This document shows, one piece after another, positions 1-12,888 of a stretch of DNA of 49,343 nucleotides (the stretch's first letter is position 1; each line of letters starts with the position of its first letter). The notes under the pieces were generated by a model. The model was not told the DNA's origin. It did not search any database and saw nothing but the letters and a program-made list of their open reading frames with translations. Source of the stretch: Jimgerdemannia flammicorona (taxonomy: Eukaryota); the NCBI GenBank assembly GCA_003990765.1, contig RBNJ01000031.1, positions 1-49,343 of the forward strand, read 5' to 3'. The position numbers were made by a program, and so were the translations under genes.

Positions 1-63
1 GGGAGGGTTTTGGCCTATATAGTCTAGGTTCCCTTCCAATAAAATTCCACAGGACATGAGTCC

Positions 64-98
<35 letters not shown>
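1..98 (+). mobile_element. 3' end and polyA tail of non-LTR retrotransposon (LINE family L-1), inserted into the 5' LTR of Gypsy A1
   Basis: GGGAGGGTTTTGGCCTATATAGTCTAGGTTCCCTTCCAATAAAA...GAGTCCATT followed by 32 A (67-98). The same 3' end occurs at ~37274-37351 (+) and ~14926-15030 (-). LTR-A sequence resumes at 99. Confidence 0.8.
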
Positions 99-100
<2 letters not shown>

Positions 101-235
101 ATAACCAACTGTGAGTCATTGTGACTACAGTACAAGCATCCTGAGGAATATAAAAGAAGGATCAAGAAACTGCAGTAACAGTAATCAACAAGACTCATCA
201 ATCTCAAAATAGCTCAAAGACTTACTACAAATAAA

Positions 236-1045
236 ATATCTGCTGCTCAACAAATCTCAAGGTCAAGGAACCACCAAGGTATCTCAGTCAAAAAAAGAAT
301 ATTCCAAGACATCAGAAGAGCTATGAGGACCTGCTCAAGAAGGACTCCTAGTGTTGACCTGGGTACTGCAGACCCTTATCACTTTATCCTCTACTACCAA
401 GAAATGGAAATAAGGATCATCATTGCCACTAAATGCCTCCAAATGTGGCAGAAGTATGAAATAGAAAACCTTCTCTACCAGGAGTTCCCACAGACCAGCA
501 CTCAAGAGCTACAAGATGCCACTTCTATAGATATATGTAAAATGAGGATAGCTAAGAAGATCTATCAGATCTTCAGACATGTACCATGGTTGATCTCTAA
601 CTTAGAGTATATTAGAGTCTCAGATTTCAGAGACCTGTTATCCTGCCATATCAATATACTAGAAGCCAGAGTGGCTACAGAAGCCCAGTCCACTATCACT
701 CTCAATAGTGATGAAGTAGAAGACTTCTGGTACCCCATCCTTTAGGACAACCCAGACCAATTCCTACAAGAGTTGATCTCAGTATTCCAAGGCCCAAGCA
801 TCCAGGTTAGACCTCTCTAAGACCCCACATTTGTTCTCTATTTTGTAGAAGAGAACCTCATAGACTGGAGAGCTCCAGACCTCCTTCCCACCACTAAATG
901 TGATGATATCATTGGTGATGATATCATCCTGTGTGACATCGAAGTATGCAAAAATGATGAATTCACAAACCTCATCTTCTTCAAAGATACCCTGACCTCT
1001 GATGATAAGAATGAAGCCCCCATGGTCCTGAACTTTCTGCTTTAA
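236..1045 (+). pseudogene. LTR-encoded accessory ORF (family A), decayed copy
   Basis: 810 nt, colinear with the intact 30937-31746 ORF. Start ATG has become ATA and there are internal stops; the ORF-track fragment 323-745 is in this frame. Confidence 0.8.
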
Positions 1046-1068
1046 GTTCTTTATTATTCTGAATAACA

Positions 1069-1278
1069 CCAATACTAGCATTCTGATGTAATACTGAATA
1101 ATTCCAGCACTGACATTCTGATGTAATACTGAATATTTCCAGCACTGACATTCTGAGGTGATGAAAAATTGTACCAGTACTAGCATTCTGATGTAATACT
1201 GAATAATTCCAGTATCAGTATTCTGAGGTGACGCAAAATTGTTCCAGCACCAGTATTTAATGTGACACTGAATTATAC
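1069..1278 (+). repeat. Tandem ~35-bp repeats within LTR-A
   Basis: Unit ~CCAGCACTGRCATTCTGATGTAATACTGAATAATT; 6 units here, 5 at ~10806-10980, 3 in each A2 LTR. Confidence 0.85.
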
Positions 1279-1631
1279 CAGTATCCTGAATCTGTACAAC
1301 TATCAGTACTGACCCTAGAACTTAGTAGTTTTAGTTATTGGAATTTATATTTAGCTTTATATCTTAGCAATTATTGAATTATATTTTGTATAAATATCCC
1401 TCTTATTTTCTCTGAAATAAAATCAGTTCTTCTCAGTGCAATATATACACTTTCTTGCAAGCAATCTAAGAGATAATAAGATAGTTTAAAGAAGAAGTTT
1501 GAGGACTATAAGACCTTAGGAAGGTACTCTAATAAGAACTTACTTATAACAAACTTGTAGTTAGTCTAAGAGATATACCTTGAAGAGAATCTGGTATATT
1601 TGAAGGACTCAGCAACCACTATATGACAACT

Positions 1632-1649
1632 TGGTGCCCATTGGCTAGT
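1632..1649 (+). promoter_or_regulatory. Primer binding site of A1
   Basis: TGGTGCCCATTGGCTAGT starts 3 nt after the LTR end and is identical at 25003. The cognate tRNA cannot be assigned by eye. Confidence 0.7.
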
Positions 1650-2612
1650 GATTCAAGATGAATCCCTTACTTTCAAGCTAAAAAACAAACAACTCTCACA
1701 ATAACTACTCTGACTACAAGAGTCACCCCTGCAAGAATTCAAGACAAGATGGAAATGCATCCCCTCACATTCTATGGATATACTACTGAAGAGTCAATCC
1801 TGATCTTTATTGAAGACTTTGAACAATTTGCCACTATACGAGCCCTTGGTGTGGATGCTCAATTGGCTCTTCTATCAGTCAGTCTTAGAGAACCTACCAG
1901 AGACAAGTTTAATACAGCTACCATTGCTGATGCTGGTGCAGCCAAACTTGCCAACATGAAGGCCTTTCTCAGAACAACATATTATACTAAAGAGATCAAG
2001 CAAGCTCTCAAGGATCAACTCAATACTATCTGCCAGGGACTTAGTGAAGATCCCAACTCATTCTATATCTGAATCTGCCATCAGATTGTCCTGGCTGGCT
2101 ATGATGACTGCCTCAAGAAATAAATAGCAGATTCAACCTTCCTTAAAGGAGTTTACCCTGAAATTTCCTTAGCAATCCAGTCTACCCCAGCTGTACTGAT
2201 CTTTGATCAGAAAGTGGTCTTTGTATAGAGATATTGGACTACCAGACACCCTGCTGAACATTCAATAGAGAAAATAACTGACATCAAAATGGAGCCATCA
2301 AAGCTAACTAGTATTATATCTGCTACAGTTATAAACAGACAACCAATCCCACCTACCCCTAAGATAGCCAAAGCTGACCCAGTGGAAGAACTCACCAAGC
2401 AGTTCGCTGAGATGACTGCACACCTTGATGATGTTGTTAGAGAAGTCTGAAGCACTAACAGAAGACCAGTATAGAGATTTGCAGCTGCTACAAAAGAACA
2501 CAATATCACATACTTCAGATATAGAGAAGAAGGTCACTATACAAAGAATTGTATAACCAAAACAAGATATAAAGCCCAACCAAGCAATGCTAGCAGAACC
2601 AGAGAACAAATC

Positions 2613-4651
2613 TGTAAGAGGGTTGCTTTTTAGAGTAACCATTACATAGTTCTGAAAGGGTTTTCTGGAAGTTCTAGATGTTCTGGAAGACCATTTTCTT
2701 ATGGTCAAGATCAATTTTGTATGGAGTACATCCTCTATGCTTATTGATTTCAAGATCAGATTGATGTCTCAACCAAAGTCCTCTTTTAGACTAGTTCTGA
2801 ATGTTCAGGATTTTCTGTATTTCAGGAAGTTCAAGAAACTAAGACCAGCTTAGTTGAATTGGCATATCACTGCAGACAATACCCAATTAGGAAATTTCAT
2901 GATGGGGTTAGGAGTGGGACCTAACAGAGAATAGATTTACTTAAAAGTAGTTTGTGGGTTATTAAATAGGTTTATTCGCTATTTATAATATTGCTATACT
3001 AGAAGTAGTTGTATAAAGAAATATTGTGGAGAAGTATTCAGGAATGTTCTTGTGCATTCAAGTCTGAGATTCTGAGGTCTGGGGGAGGAGGTATTTATAC
3101 TAGTGAGGGGCTATCTGGACTATGCTAAATATAGATGTAGTACTAAGTGCCTTGCTGAGTCAGAATACAGTCATGTAGTATAAGAGTGATCTGATATATC
3201 AAGAGATCATCTGACTGCTGAGTCAGTTCACAGTTACATTATATGTATAAGGCTAATCTAACTATACCATGACTGCTAAGCTATTTATAGGTTTAGACAC
3301 TATCTGGGTAGTCTTTGATGACATCATCATTGATTGCATTATCTCTAATAAAGTAGTCATCTAGGAAGAGTAGTTTGCAGATTACTTCTCCTTGTTTACT
3401 GAGGTAATAATACATTGAAACTTTGTCTCCATCTCACAAGATGGCATTGTCAGTTTTATATGCTGGATAAGGTGTTGGCAGGTAAAGGAGGAGTGCATTA
3501 TCTTTACTTTCATTAGTTTCACTATCTGTATACCTTCTATAAGTTACAGTACTATGAGTCATGGGGTTGTAGTAAGCTGATAGCTATAGTTTGTGTCACT
3601 CATACTCAGGTAGTGGAGTGGTTGATTTGATCTCGAGGGTTGTCTGGAGATACAGGTTATGTTCTCCAGTTTCTTCATTATAGTTGAAGTAATTGGGAGT
3701 GAATGCAGATTGGTATTTGTGCCAGTAGTCATTGTCCCAATAAGTCTTGTATACAGTTATGAACTGTTGTAAGTTTATCAGCAAGGTTGGTGGTATAATT
3801 AGAGTTGGCGGAGATCCTTGGCTAGAGGTCATATCAGTATCAGAGGGATCATTGTCTTCTGCTTCATCTTTGTCGAAGTAGATTATATCATAGATGTCCT
3901 TCATGACATATTCAACTTGAGGCATTTGCAGGATGTGGTCATCAGGGTGTAGGAAGGTTCTGTCTGTGGTCTGAACATATTTAATATACTTGTGGTTGAG
4001 TTCTTATATCATATTGTCAATTTGGCCATAGGATAGGGTAGCAACTATTTCATTGGTAGTAACTTAGAGGTAGGAAATAAAGGTGCTGTACTCATAAAAG
4101 AGTTCTCTATGTTTGTGGGCAATGAGCTTCTAGTGTTGAGACATCTGGGTAATGTCCATATTATGGTGGTGTTTGACCATATCTTCTAGGAGGCAGCCAA
4201 TCTAGTAGTAGCTTGAGATTTGTCTGATTCAGTGAGCCTTGTTAAGTATGTTCAGGGCATTCCATTGGGCTTCTATGAAGTAGAGGGGTGCTAGGCTATG
4301 GATATTCATGAGGGGCAGAGGAGGTGTGGCTCGATTGACAATGGTATTCCAAATGTCAGCACAAATGTAGTTATAGATCTCAGTGGTCATATGTATTTGT
4401 ATATATTCAGAAGTTGTGATTATTATTTGTTTTGGTTCTCTATTTGATACATCTCAGTGCTTAGTATATATGTGTTTAGTCCTGATTGGTAAGATTCTGT
4501 TTGTATAAATCTTGTGTTCCATGACTTTATATTGACTCAGCTTTGTATACTGTGACTTCGGTTTGACTTAGCTTCATGACTGAGCAGGTGATTTCCAGAT
4601 TTGTTCAGAGGTTGCATGTGATTTTGGTGGCTTGAAGGTTGTGCACTTACA
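2613..4651 (-). mobile_element. Solo LTR of family B (2039 bp) inserted into A1 gag
   Basis: Termini TGTAAG...CTTACA; 5-bp TSD AAATC/AAACC (2608-2612, 4652-4656). The empty site is seen in A2 (AGAGAACAAACCAATG). A second copy lies at 41698-43730. Confidence 0.92.
3596..4390 (-). pseudogene. LTR-B-encoded accessory ORF, decayed
   Basis: Single frame from MTTEIY (4390) through MPQVEYVMKD... to 3596, broken only by in-frame stops. Colinear with 42667-43530. Confidence 0.72.
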
Positions 4652-5887
4652 AAACCAATGCAGTAGTCATTGAGAAGATTGGTGATACTGATGATGAAGA
4701 ATACTATGAGGAGCTTGAATTCTACTCTGCTACTAAAGGTACTAGAACCCAGTCCAAGCCCTATGACAAGAAGAGCAACAGCAAGCCAGTTGGAAGACCA
4801 AAGAAGATCCCAGCTATCACTATTCAAAGTAAGACCCAACCCAAGGAGATTGATCAAGATATGGAGTTAGATGAAGCTGCCTACCAAATCATTGAAGGCA
4901 CTACTCCAGTCTCAGGAGAAAGTGAAAGTAAGAAGAAACAGAAGCTGTATAAGACTAAGATCCATTAGTATGATATTTATAAGAATCTCAAGGAATAGAA
5001 GGTCAATACCACTTTTGAACAACTAGCCGAAGTCTCTGCCTTTAGACAGCAGTTGAGAGTAGGACTTGCAATTACTATCAAGAATTAAGAGTATAAGATT
5101 ATAGAAGCTCACAATGCACAGGAAGAATCCAAGAACTCAGGTGAAGAATCTGAAGACCAGTACAAGACATCAGCCTATACTCCATATCAGATTGAAGACT
5201 ATATCTTTGATGCTATCATTGATACTGGTGCTGGAGGATACCTCATAAGCAAGAAGACAATTGACCACCTAGGCTGGGATATTGAAGAGTCTACCAAGAT
5301 AGTCTATATCACAGCAGATGGTACACAAGCTACCCCCCCTTGGCAAAATCTGAGAAGTCCCCATCAAGATAGGAGGAGCTACCATCCTAGTAGATATGAT
5401 TGTTATAAGCACCACCAACTATAATATCCTCATTGGCAACTAATGGCTTTATAAGACCAAGGCTATCATTAATCTCAATACCCAGAAGATGTAGATCAAC
5501 TATAGAGGAAGAAAGGTATAAGTCTCTATCAATGTTCACAAAGGAGTCCTATCAGATATAGAGAAAGGAGATGAAGAGGACACAGAGGTCTTCATGCACT
5601 CAGTGAATAAGAATAAAAACAAGACACCCAAGCTCACAGATGAGCAGTGGTACAACAAGATCATCAATGGGTATGCCCCTCAAGGAAGATGCCCCCATAG
5701 TACTAGAATGTACTGCTCTGAACACCTGAATGACTGTTGGTCCTATATCAGTGAAGTTAGGAAAATCTGCTAACAGAAATATGAGCAAGAAGCCACTGAA
5801 GCAAAAAGGAAAGTCAAAGAAGATGACCAGCCCCCAGAGCTTTAGGCTGATAGTGACGATAAGGAGAAACAAGAATTAGACATTACC

Positions 5888-6310
5888 CTCAAGGTTAATA
5901 AGTTTCACTCCAAAGCTAAGATCCCAGAATATAAGACTGAAGGAGCCATAAGAATGGACCTTGCCAGCATTCAAGATACTACTCTCAAACCACAGACCAC
6001 CACCCTACTTGGTACTGAAATTGGAGTCAAGCTACTAGAGAACTATACCAGAATTATCAAGACCAGGAGTAGTCTGGCTAAAAGCAAAATCTCAGTTGAA
6101 GGAGGAGTAATTGACCCTGATTACACTGGCAAGATCTTCCTCATAGTCAGGAATTACAACTCCACCACCCCATTCGAAGTCAAGAAGCATGACAGGATTG
6201 GTCAGATGCTGATCCACAAAATCAAGAAGCCCAAGATCATAGAAGCCATCAAACTCATCAAGATCAAGAGAGGAGAACAAGACTTTAGATCTACTGAAAG
6301 AGGAGTCTAT
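5888..6310 (+). pseudogene. dut: dUTPase domain within A1 pol
   Basis: Trimeric dUTPase motifs: MDL, RSS, GGVIDPDYTG, DRIGQ, RGEQ(D/G)F(R/G)ST. Confidence 0.88.
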
Positions 6311-6506
6311 GCTACCACCAAGATTACTGAACTTGAGTATAAGAAAGACAAGGATCAGAACAAACACACATATACTATTGGAGAAAACTTTCCCCTGGAG
6401 GAACAACTTCTCAAGATTCTGCATCAGAATGAAGAAGTACTTACTACAGACTTCCAAGATATCCACAATCAAGAATCTAAGTACTACCATGAAGTTGATA
6501 CTGGTG

Positions 6507-6847
6507 GTAGGATTGGTGGAATATTGGCTATTTGTGTTTGAGGAGGGGCAGCAGATGAGACTGCAGGAGAAGGTTTTAAGATGGGAGGAGCTGTTAGAGG
6601 ATCTGATAACTGGATGGTGGATAGGTTGGGGTCCTTCAGGGGGGCAATGGTGTGGTTTGGTGGCAAGGATATGCAAACAGAGTAGTGGGAGAGTGGGGAT
6701 TGTTTTTGATAGAGTAGTGTTTCATTGAGAAGGGGTAGGGGAGAGGGGCCCCCTAGGGGGATTGGATAGGGGGTGGGTTCACTGTACTTATATGGGATAG
6801 ATGGGTGTAATAAAGGAAGAGTCCAAGTGACTATAAAAAAAAAAAAA
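6507..6847 (+). mobile_element. 5'-truncated non-LTR retrotransposon 3' fragment (LINE family L-2) in A1 pol
   Basis: 18-bp TSD ATGAAGTTGATACTRGTG (6489-6506, 6848-6865), AATAAA and polyA tail, G-rich body. Absent from A2. Confidence 0.88.
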
Positions 6848-8170
6848 ATGAAGTTGATACTAGTGATACCAAGTCCATCTACCAGAAAGCCAGACCCATA
6901 CCACCTACCTATAGAGAATGGCTGCAAGCAGAACTCAAGAAAATGGAAGAAGCCAGAATTATCAAGCAAGCTATTAGCTCCTGGGCCTCACTCATTATCC
7001 TTATCCCAAAGAAAGGAAGCAAGCCTGGAGAGTTTGTACCAAGACTCTGTATTGACTACAGGAAGCTCAATACCATCACCAAGAAGGATAGGCAGTCCTT
7101 GCCAAATATTCAAGAAATCCTTACCACTCTTGGAAGCAAAGCCAAATACTACACTACCTTGGATCTATTCTCAGACTTCCATCAGATTGGTCTCACTCAA
7201 GATGTCAGTAAGAAATCAGCCTTCATTATATCTGATGCCACCTATATCTATCTGCAAATACCATTTGGAATGTACAATGCCCCAGCAAGTTTCCAGTGAA
7301 TGATGAATAGAGTCTTTAGTAATGAGATTGGAAAATGGCTCTTTGTCTATGTTGATAATATAATCATCTTCAGTAACACTATATGGGAACATATCAATCA
7401 CATACAGCTAGCCCTCAAGAAGCTCAAGGAGCATGGCCTCTACATCAAGCCCAAGAAATATAAGTTTGTGGCCCAGAAAATCGCCTACCTAGGACACCTC
7501 ATCAACCAGACTGGAATCCACACAGACTCTATGAATATTGAGACTATTGCAGCCTACCCAAGACCCAGAACAATTACAGAAGTCCATGCCTTCCTTGGAC
7601 TGGCCAGCTACTACAGAAGATTCATCAAAGGATACTTCAATATTGCAGTACCTATCTATGAGCTACTGAAGAAGGAAACCAAATTTGAATAGATCAAGGA
7701 GTGCCAAGGAACCTTCAATGAACTCAAAACCAAGTTGACCCAAGTACCTATCCTCAAAAGACCAGACTGGAATCTAGAATTCATCCTGCAGACAGATGTG
7801 AGTACTATAGAACTTGGAGCAGTCCTAGCTCAGAAGAAAGATGGACATGAATATGTCATCTCCTATGTAAGCCAAGATACCCACAGAGCAGAACAGAACT
7901 ACAAGTCATGCAAGCTTGAATGCTTAGCAGTAGTTTGGGCAGTAGACAAGTTCCACTACTACCTAGCTGAGAAATACTTCACTATTCAAATAGACCATTC
8001 CACCCTTGCCTGGCTATTCCACACTCTGAACTCCAAAGAAATATATGCCAGATAGATCTATAGGCTGCAAGAGTATGACTGTACTGTCAAGTATCAATCA
8101 GAAAGAACTAATATCAATACTGATGTACTCTCAAGGACACCCCAAAACACCCCCAACAAGACTATTCAAT

Positions 8171-9418
8171 ATGAATAAAGAGCTATACTATGGATTAATC
8201 AGCTACCTTGAGTAGTGGAAGATACCCAATCACCTCAAATCCTGGATAATCACCATCATCAACCAGACTTGAAAACAGTTTGAACTAGACAACACTACAC
8301 TCAGAAAAGGAGGAAAGCTAGTAATATCCAAATACAAGAAGTATCAAGTAATGAAGGAAGTATATGAACAAGGACACCTAGGAGGAACCAACATATATAA
8401 TAAGGCAAGAAGAACTATATAGTGGCTCAAGATGGAAGAAGACCTGTGCCAATTTGTCAAAGGGTGTAATAAGTGCCAAAAACAGAAACAAGATCAATAA
8501 GATCAGGCACCCAGGTCATCAAGAATTGAGCCTATCCCCTTCTATCACATCACAATAGATATCATTAGGCCACTACTAGTAACACTATCAGGAAACCACT
8601 ATATTATAGTTATTGTAGACCTCTTCACCAAATGGATAGAGACAGGAGTATTACAAGAAGCCAATGCCCTCTCTATAGCTGACTTCCTGCATCAAGAAAT
8701 TATCTACCACTACAAGACACCAAAGCAAATCACAACAGACTGTGGCATGGAATTTGTCAATGGATTCTATGAGATAATGTATCAGAAATACAAGATCCAG
8801 TATATCAAGACCACCATATACCACCCTTAAGAAAATGGACAGACAGAGAGAACCAATAAGACCCTCAAGAATATCCTAGCAAAGATCTCAGAGACATATG
8901 AGAATTGGGATAACTATCTCTCAACCACCCTCTCTATTCTATGAGATATATGGTTACAGAGCACACACTTTACTCCAAGGGAGCTGCTCTTCAGAGAAGA
9001 AGATTCTGATGGAACCTCAGCCACAAATCTAGACCTAACTTGGAGACAGATTGATGCAGAAATCTGGAGACTACACCAAATCAGGAAGAAGACTGAAGAT
9101 TATATCATCAAGTCACAAGTGCTGACAAGGAAGAATGTGGAAAAGAATCACAAGGCCCTAGAACCCATCTGAATTGGAGAAAAGGTTCTACTGTATCAAA
9201 ATATAGTAGAAGCCTTATGGTCACAAAAACTAGAGTCTAAATAGGAAGGACCCTTCTATGTGCAAGATATCAAGAAAACTATCTTCTGGCTTAGAAAAAT
9301 CTCAGGGACTATACTGCCTACTATGATACATAGAAACAGACTCAAGAAGTACTATGAACCTATACAAGAGAAGCAAAACATGATGATTACCTGTGAGGTT
9401 CTAGTCTATAAATCGTAA
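8171..9418 (+). pseudogene. A1 integrase, separate ORF
   Basis: Own ATG at 8171 in the +1 frame. GHLGG...CNKCQ zinc-finger region, IDIIRPL/VDLFTKW, ITTD, NGQTERTN. 1248 nt, same length as in A2. Confidence 0.88.
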
Positions 9419-9721
9419 CAGCATATCCCATGACCAGCAGGCTATCTGTCTGAACTATTCTCTAAGAGATATGGTACTGGCAACTACTCATCCATGAGAC
9501 TTTCAAAGTCAGAGGAGTTCGAACTGTCAACTGATTGGTCAAGATCAGAATCAGACCCTTGCTCTATATGAAGGGAGCAATCCTTCACCATTATGCCAAA
9601 ATATAAAGAGAAGATGTCAGCCCATAAATACCACTTTTCGACCCCTTGCCAGAGGTTATGGGATCATCAAATTTTTCAGGACTAGATTAATAAATAAAAA
9701 TACTTGAGAAGATCCTTATTC

Positions 9722-9731
9722 AGGAGAAAGA
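9722..9731 (+). promoter_or_regulatory. Polypurine tract of A1
   Basis: AGGAGAAAGA immediately before the 3' LTR; identical before 30695. Confidence 0.8.
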
Positions 9732-11332
9732 TATAACAGTGACCTCAGAATGATGACATCAGTACAGGAGACAGTCTTTTCTTGTAAGCCACCAGATTGG
9801 AGCACAAGAAGATTATACAGCATATGAGATGAGCAATGATAACCAACTATGAGTTATTATGACCACAGTATAAGCATCCTGAGGAATATAAAAGAAGGAT
9901 CAAGAAACTACAGTAATAGCAACCAACAAGACCCATCAATCCCAAAATAGCTCAAAGACTTACAATAAACAAAATGCCTACTGCCTACCAAACCTCAAGG
10001 TCAAGGAACCACCAAGGTACCTTGGTTGAAGAAAGAGTATTCCAAGACATCAGAAGAGCTATGAGGACCTGCTCAAGAAGAACTCCTAGTATCGACCTGA
10101 GTACTACAGACCCTTATCACTTTATCCTCTACTACCAAGAAATAGAAACAAGAATCACCATTGCCACCAAATGCCTCCAAATGTGGCAGGAGTATGAAAT
10201 AGGAAACCTCCTCTGCTGAGAGTTCCCACAGGCCAGTACTCAAGAGCTATAAGATGTCACTCTCATAGATATATATAAAATAAGGACAGCTAAGAAGATT
10301 CATCAGATCTTCAGGCATGCACTATGGTCAATCCCCAACTTAGAGTATGTTAGAGTCTCAGATTTCAGAGACCTATCATCCCACCATATCAATGCACTAG
10401 AAGCCAGAGTGGCTACAGAAGCCCAGTCCACTATCACTCTCAATAGTGATGAAGTAGAAGACTTCTAGCACCCCACCTCCAGGACAACTCAGACCAATTC
10501 CTACAAAGGTTGATCTCAGTATTCCAAGACCCAAACATCCAGATTAGACCTCCCCAAGACCCCACATTTGTTTCCTATTTTGTGGAAGAGAACCTCATAG
10601 ACTGGAGAGCCTCAGATCTCCTTTCCACTACTGAATGTGATGATGTCATTGGTGATGACATTATCCCACACAATATTGAAGTATGCAAAAATGACAAATT
10701 TATGGACCTCATCTCCTTCGAAGATACCCTGACCTCTAATGATGAGGATGAAGTCCCCATGGTCCTGAACTTTCTGCTCTAAGTTCTTTATTATACTGAA
10801 TAATACCAGCACTGGCATTCTGATATAATATTGAATAATTCCAGTACTGGCATTCTGATATAATACTGAATAATTCCAGTACTAGCATTCTGATATAATA
10901 CTGAATAATTCCAGCACCAGCATTCTGAGGTGATGCAAAATTGTTTCAGCACTATTATTTGATGTGATACTGAATTATACCAGTATCCTGAACCTGTACA
11001 ACCATCAGTACTGATCCTGGAACTTAGTAGTTTTAGTTATTGAAATTTATATTTAGCTTTATATTTTAGCAACTATTGAATTATATTTTGTATAAATACC
11101 TCTCTTATTTTCTCTAAAATAAAGTCAGTTCTTCTCAGTTCAATACATATACTTCCTTACAAGCAATCTAAGAGATAACAAGACAGTTTAAAGATAAGAA
11201 GTTTGAGGACTATAAGACCTTGGGAAGGCACTCTAATAAGAACTTACTTATAACAAACTTGTAGTTAGTCTAAGAGATATACCTTAAAGAGAATCTAGTG
11301 TATTTGAAGGACTCAGTAACCATTATGTGACA
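9732..11332 (+). repeat. 3' LTR of A1 (1601 bp)
   Basis: TATAACAGTG (from TGTAAC)...ATGTGACA, followed by ATAG. Confidence 0.93.
9974..10782 (+). pseudogene. LTR-encoded accessory ORF (family A), decayed copy
   Basis: Fragments 9974-10219 and 10510-10782 match the 269-aa ORF; one 1-nt deletion plus stops. Confidence 0.8.
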
Positions 11333-11531
11333 ATAGATATATTTTTAAGTTTTCACTATATTGCAGTAGAGTTGTGAAAATAAGAGCTTTTATTACATTA
11401 AAATTATTATTAAGAGTAGTATATTCTAGATATATAATATTCTTCTTTTTATAATTGATATTACTAGATTGTTCTGAGATTAGTGTCTTAGAGTGATATA
11501 TTATTTAGAGTAAAATATTTTAAACATATAT

Positions 11532-12848
11532 TGTAACATATGTACCTGGCTTAATGGAGGCAAATTACAAGGTTGGAGGTTGATGTAGTTTGGCTTGAGC
11601 CCCCAGTTACTTTGTCAAAAAGCAATAAAATGTTCTAAGATTCCTGAGGTTCTTAGTGTTTAGTAGTATAATAGTCAAAGCTGGATATCTGCAAGCAACT
11701 TGTATGTCAATTTCCTAATTGAGACTGTTCTCTGGGTATAGTGATGATTTTGTAAATGAGTTTCCTTCTTGGGTCAACTGGAAATTAGTGAGATTTTGTA
11801 TATAGTGTGACAATCTCCAAAAGTATGCAGGCGATTTCTGTATAATGTGACAATCTCTATATAGTATGGCAGATTTCTTATATAGGATGATCTTGATAAT
11901 ATTCCTTATGCAGATTTGGTAGATAACTCAATTTGGCTTACTGGAAATTGTACTGGCACAGTTTCTTCTATACTGAGCTCACTGGGAATAAATAAATAAC
12001 TTGGGTGATACAGATAACTCAGATGTCATAGATTCTTCCCAAATTGGCAGCTTCAACTAGGAATATAGATAACTTGAAAACAGCAGATGATGCAGATTCT
12101 TCCTGAAATAGTAGCTTCTGAAAATACTACTCAGGTGGTACAGATTTTTCCTGAATCAGTAGCTTCAACTGGGAAATAACTCAGGTTCTTAATAAGTTAC
12201 ATCAAGACTGGCTTCATTTGTATGAATAGATTACTGCAAAGTTGCATCAAGAACTGGCTTATGGTAAGAAAGGCAGGCTCTCTGGGAATGCAGTAAATAA
12301 CTCAAAAGGCAGCAAAGTTCTTCCTCAAACTTGGTGATAAACTTTAGGCTTATCTGGTAAGCAAACCAAAAATAGACTTGTTCTTTATATCAGAAAGTAG
12401 ACTGAAGTGGAAAGGAGAATCAATGCTCACAATCTCCTAGTAGTAGCTATAGAGCAGACATTTTTCCTAAGTGTTATAATTCTTTCTGGATCAAGTGGCT
12501 TTTGGCAGGCATATCCCTCAAAGTATAATAGGCAGACTTGTCTTTTGCTTTTGAATTTAGACTTTTGAACTGAGGTTTATTCACTCTTGTCTCTGGAGTA
12601 ATTTATACATTATGATTACTATCTAGTTGCTATGTTGCTAACTATAGATCTGCTACTTATAGCAAGTTGTGTAGATCTAGTATAAGTGTGCAGGTCCAGT
12701 ACAGATGTATAGGTTCTGCACAGATATACCTTATCTGGTAGTCTGGCTATTTATATAGTTTCCACAGCAATGGTTGCTGGTTACTATACTGTGTATTCAT
12801 ATCATCTGGCTAAGATATAATTTGGGTAATACATCTTGGTTTATTACA
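11532..12848 (-). repeat. 3' LTR of element C (1317 bp)
   Basis: TGTAACAT...TTATTACA; preceded on the minus strand by purine-rich AGTAGGAGCTGA. Contains degenerate internal repeats (GCTTCAACTGGGAA...ATAACTC). Confidence 0.9.
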
Positions 12849-12888
12849 TCAGCTCCTACTAAAGGATGGTCTGTCCTCAGACTGTCCT

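Larger units (their letters stand above)
99..1628 (+). repeat. 5' LTR of A1 (partial, interrupted by LINE)
   Basis: Matches 9732-11332, 23468-24999 and 30695-32216. Ends ...ATATGACA at 1628. Confidence 0.92.
1749..8178 (+). pseudogene. pol: A1 gag-protease-dUTPase-RT-RNase H polyprotein (interrupted by solo LTR-B and a LINE fragment; many stops)
   Basis: Gag FYGYTTEE...FIEDFEQFA, protease IIDTGAG, dUTPase RSSLAK/EGGVIDPDYTG, RT RLCIDYRKLN/PFGMYNAPASFQ/YVDN (YVDD in A2), RH LQTD/KLECLAVVWAV/DH. Confidence 0.93.
99..11332 (+). mobile_element. Ty3/Gypsy LTR retrotransposon family A, copy A1 (decayed; left end lies outside the window)
   Basis: Paired LTRs, PBS, PPT and domain order gag-PR-dUTPase-RT-RH-IN. 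Colinear with copy A2 (23468-32216). Confidence 0.95.

Noticed and set aside
779-1186. Antisense ORFs over LTR-A and pol (e.g. 779-1186, 6092-6676, 25686-26183, 27417-27935)
   Set aside because: Shadow frames of the + strand coding sequence; ends vary between copies and no motifs are present.
1069-1278. Regularly spaced ~35-bp repeats resembling a CRISPR array
   Set aside because: Units are adjacent with no unique spacers, lie inside an LTR, and there are no cas genes; the context is eukaryotic.
5954-6541. Stand-alone host or viral dUTPase gene
   Set aside because: It is an in-frame domain of the Gypsy polyprotein; the apparent ORF limits come from decay stops and the LINE insertion.
11532-12848. 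ORF inside LTR-C analogous to LTR-A and LTR-B
   Set aside because: Manual translation gives only short frames through degenerate internal repeats; the homologue lies just outside the LTR instead.
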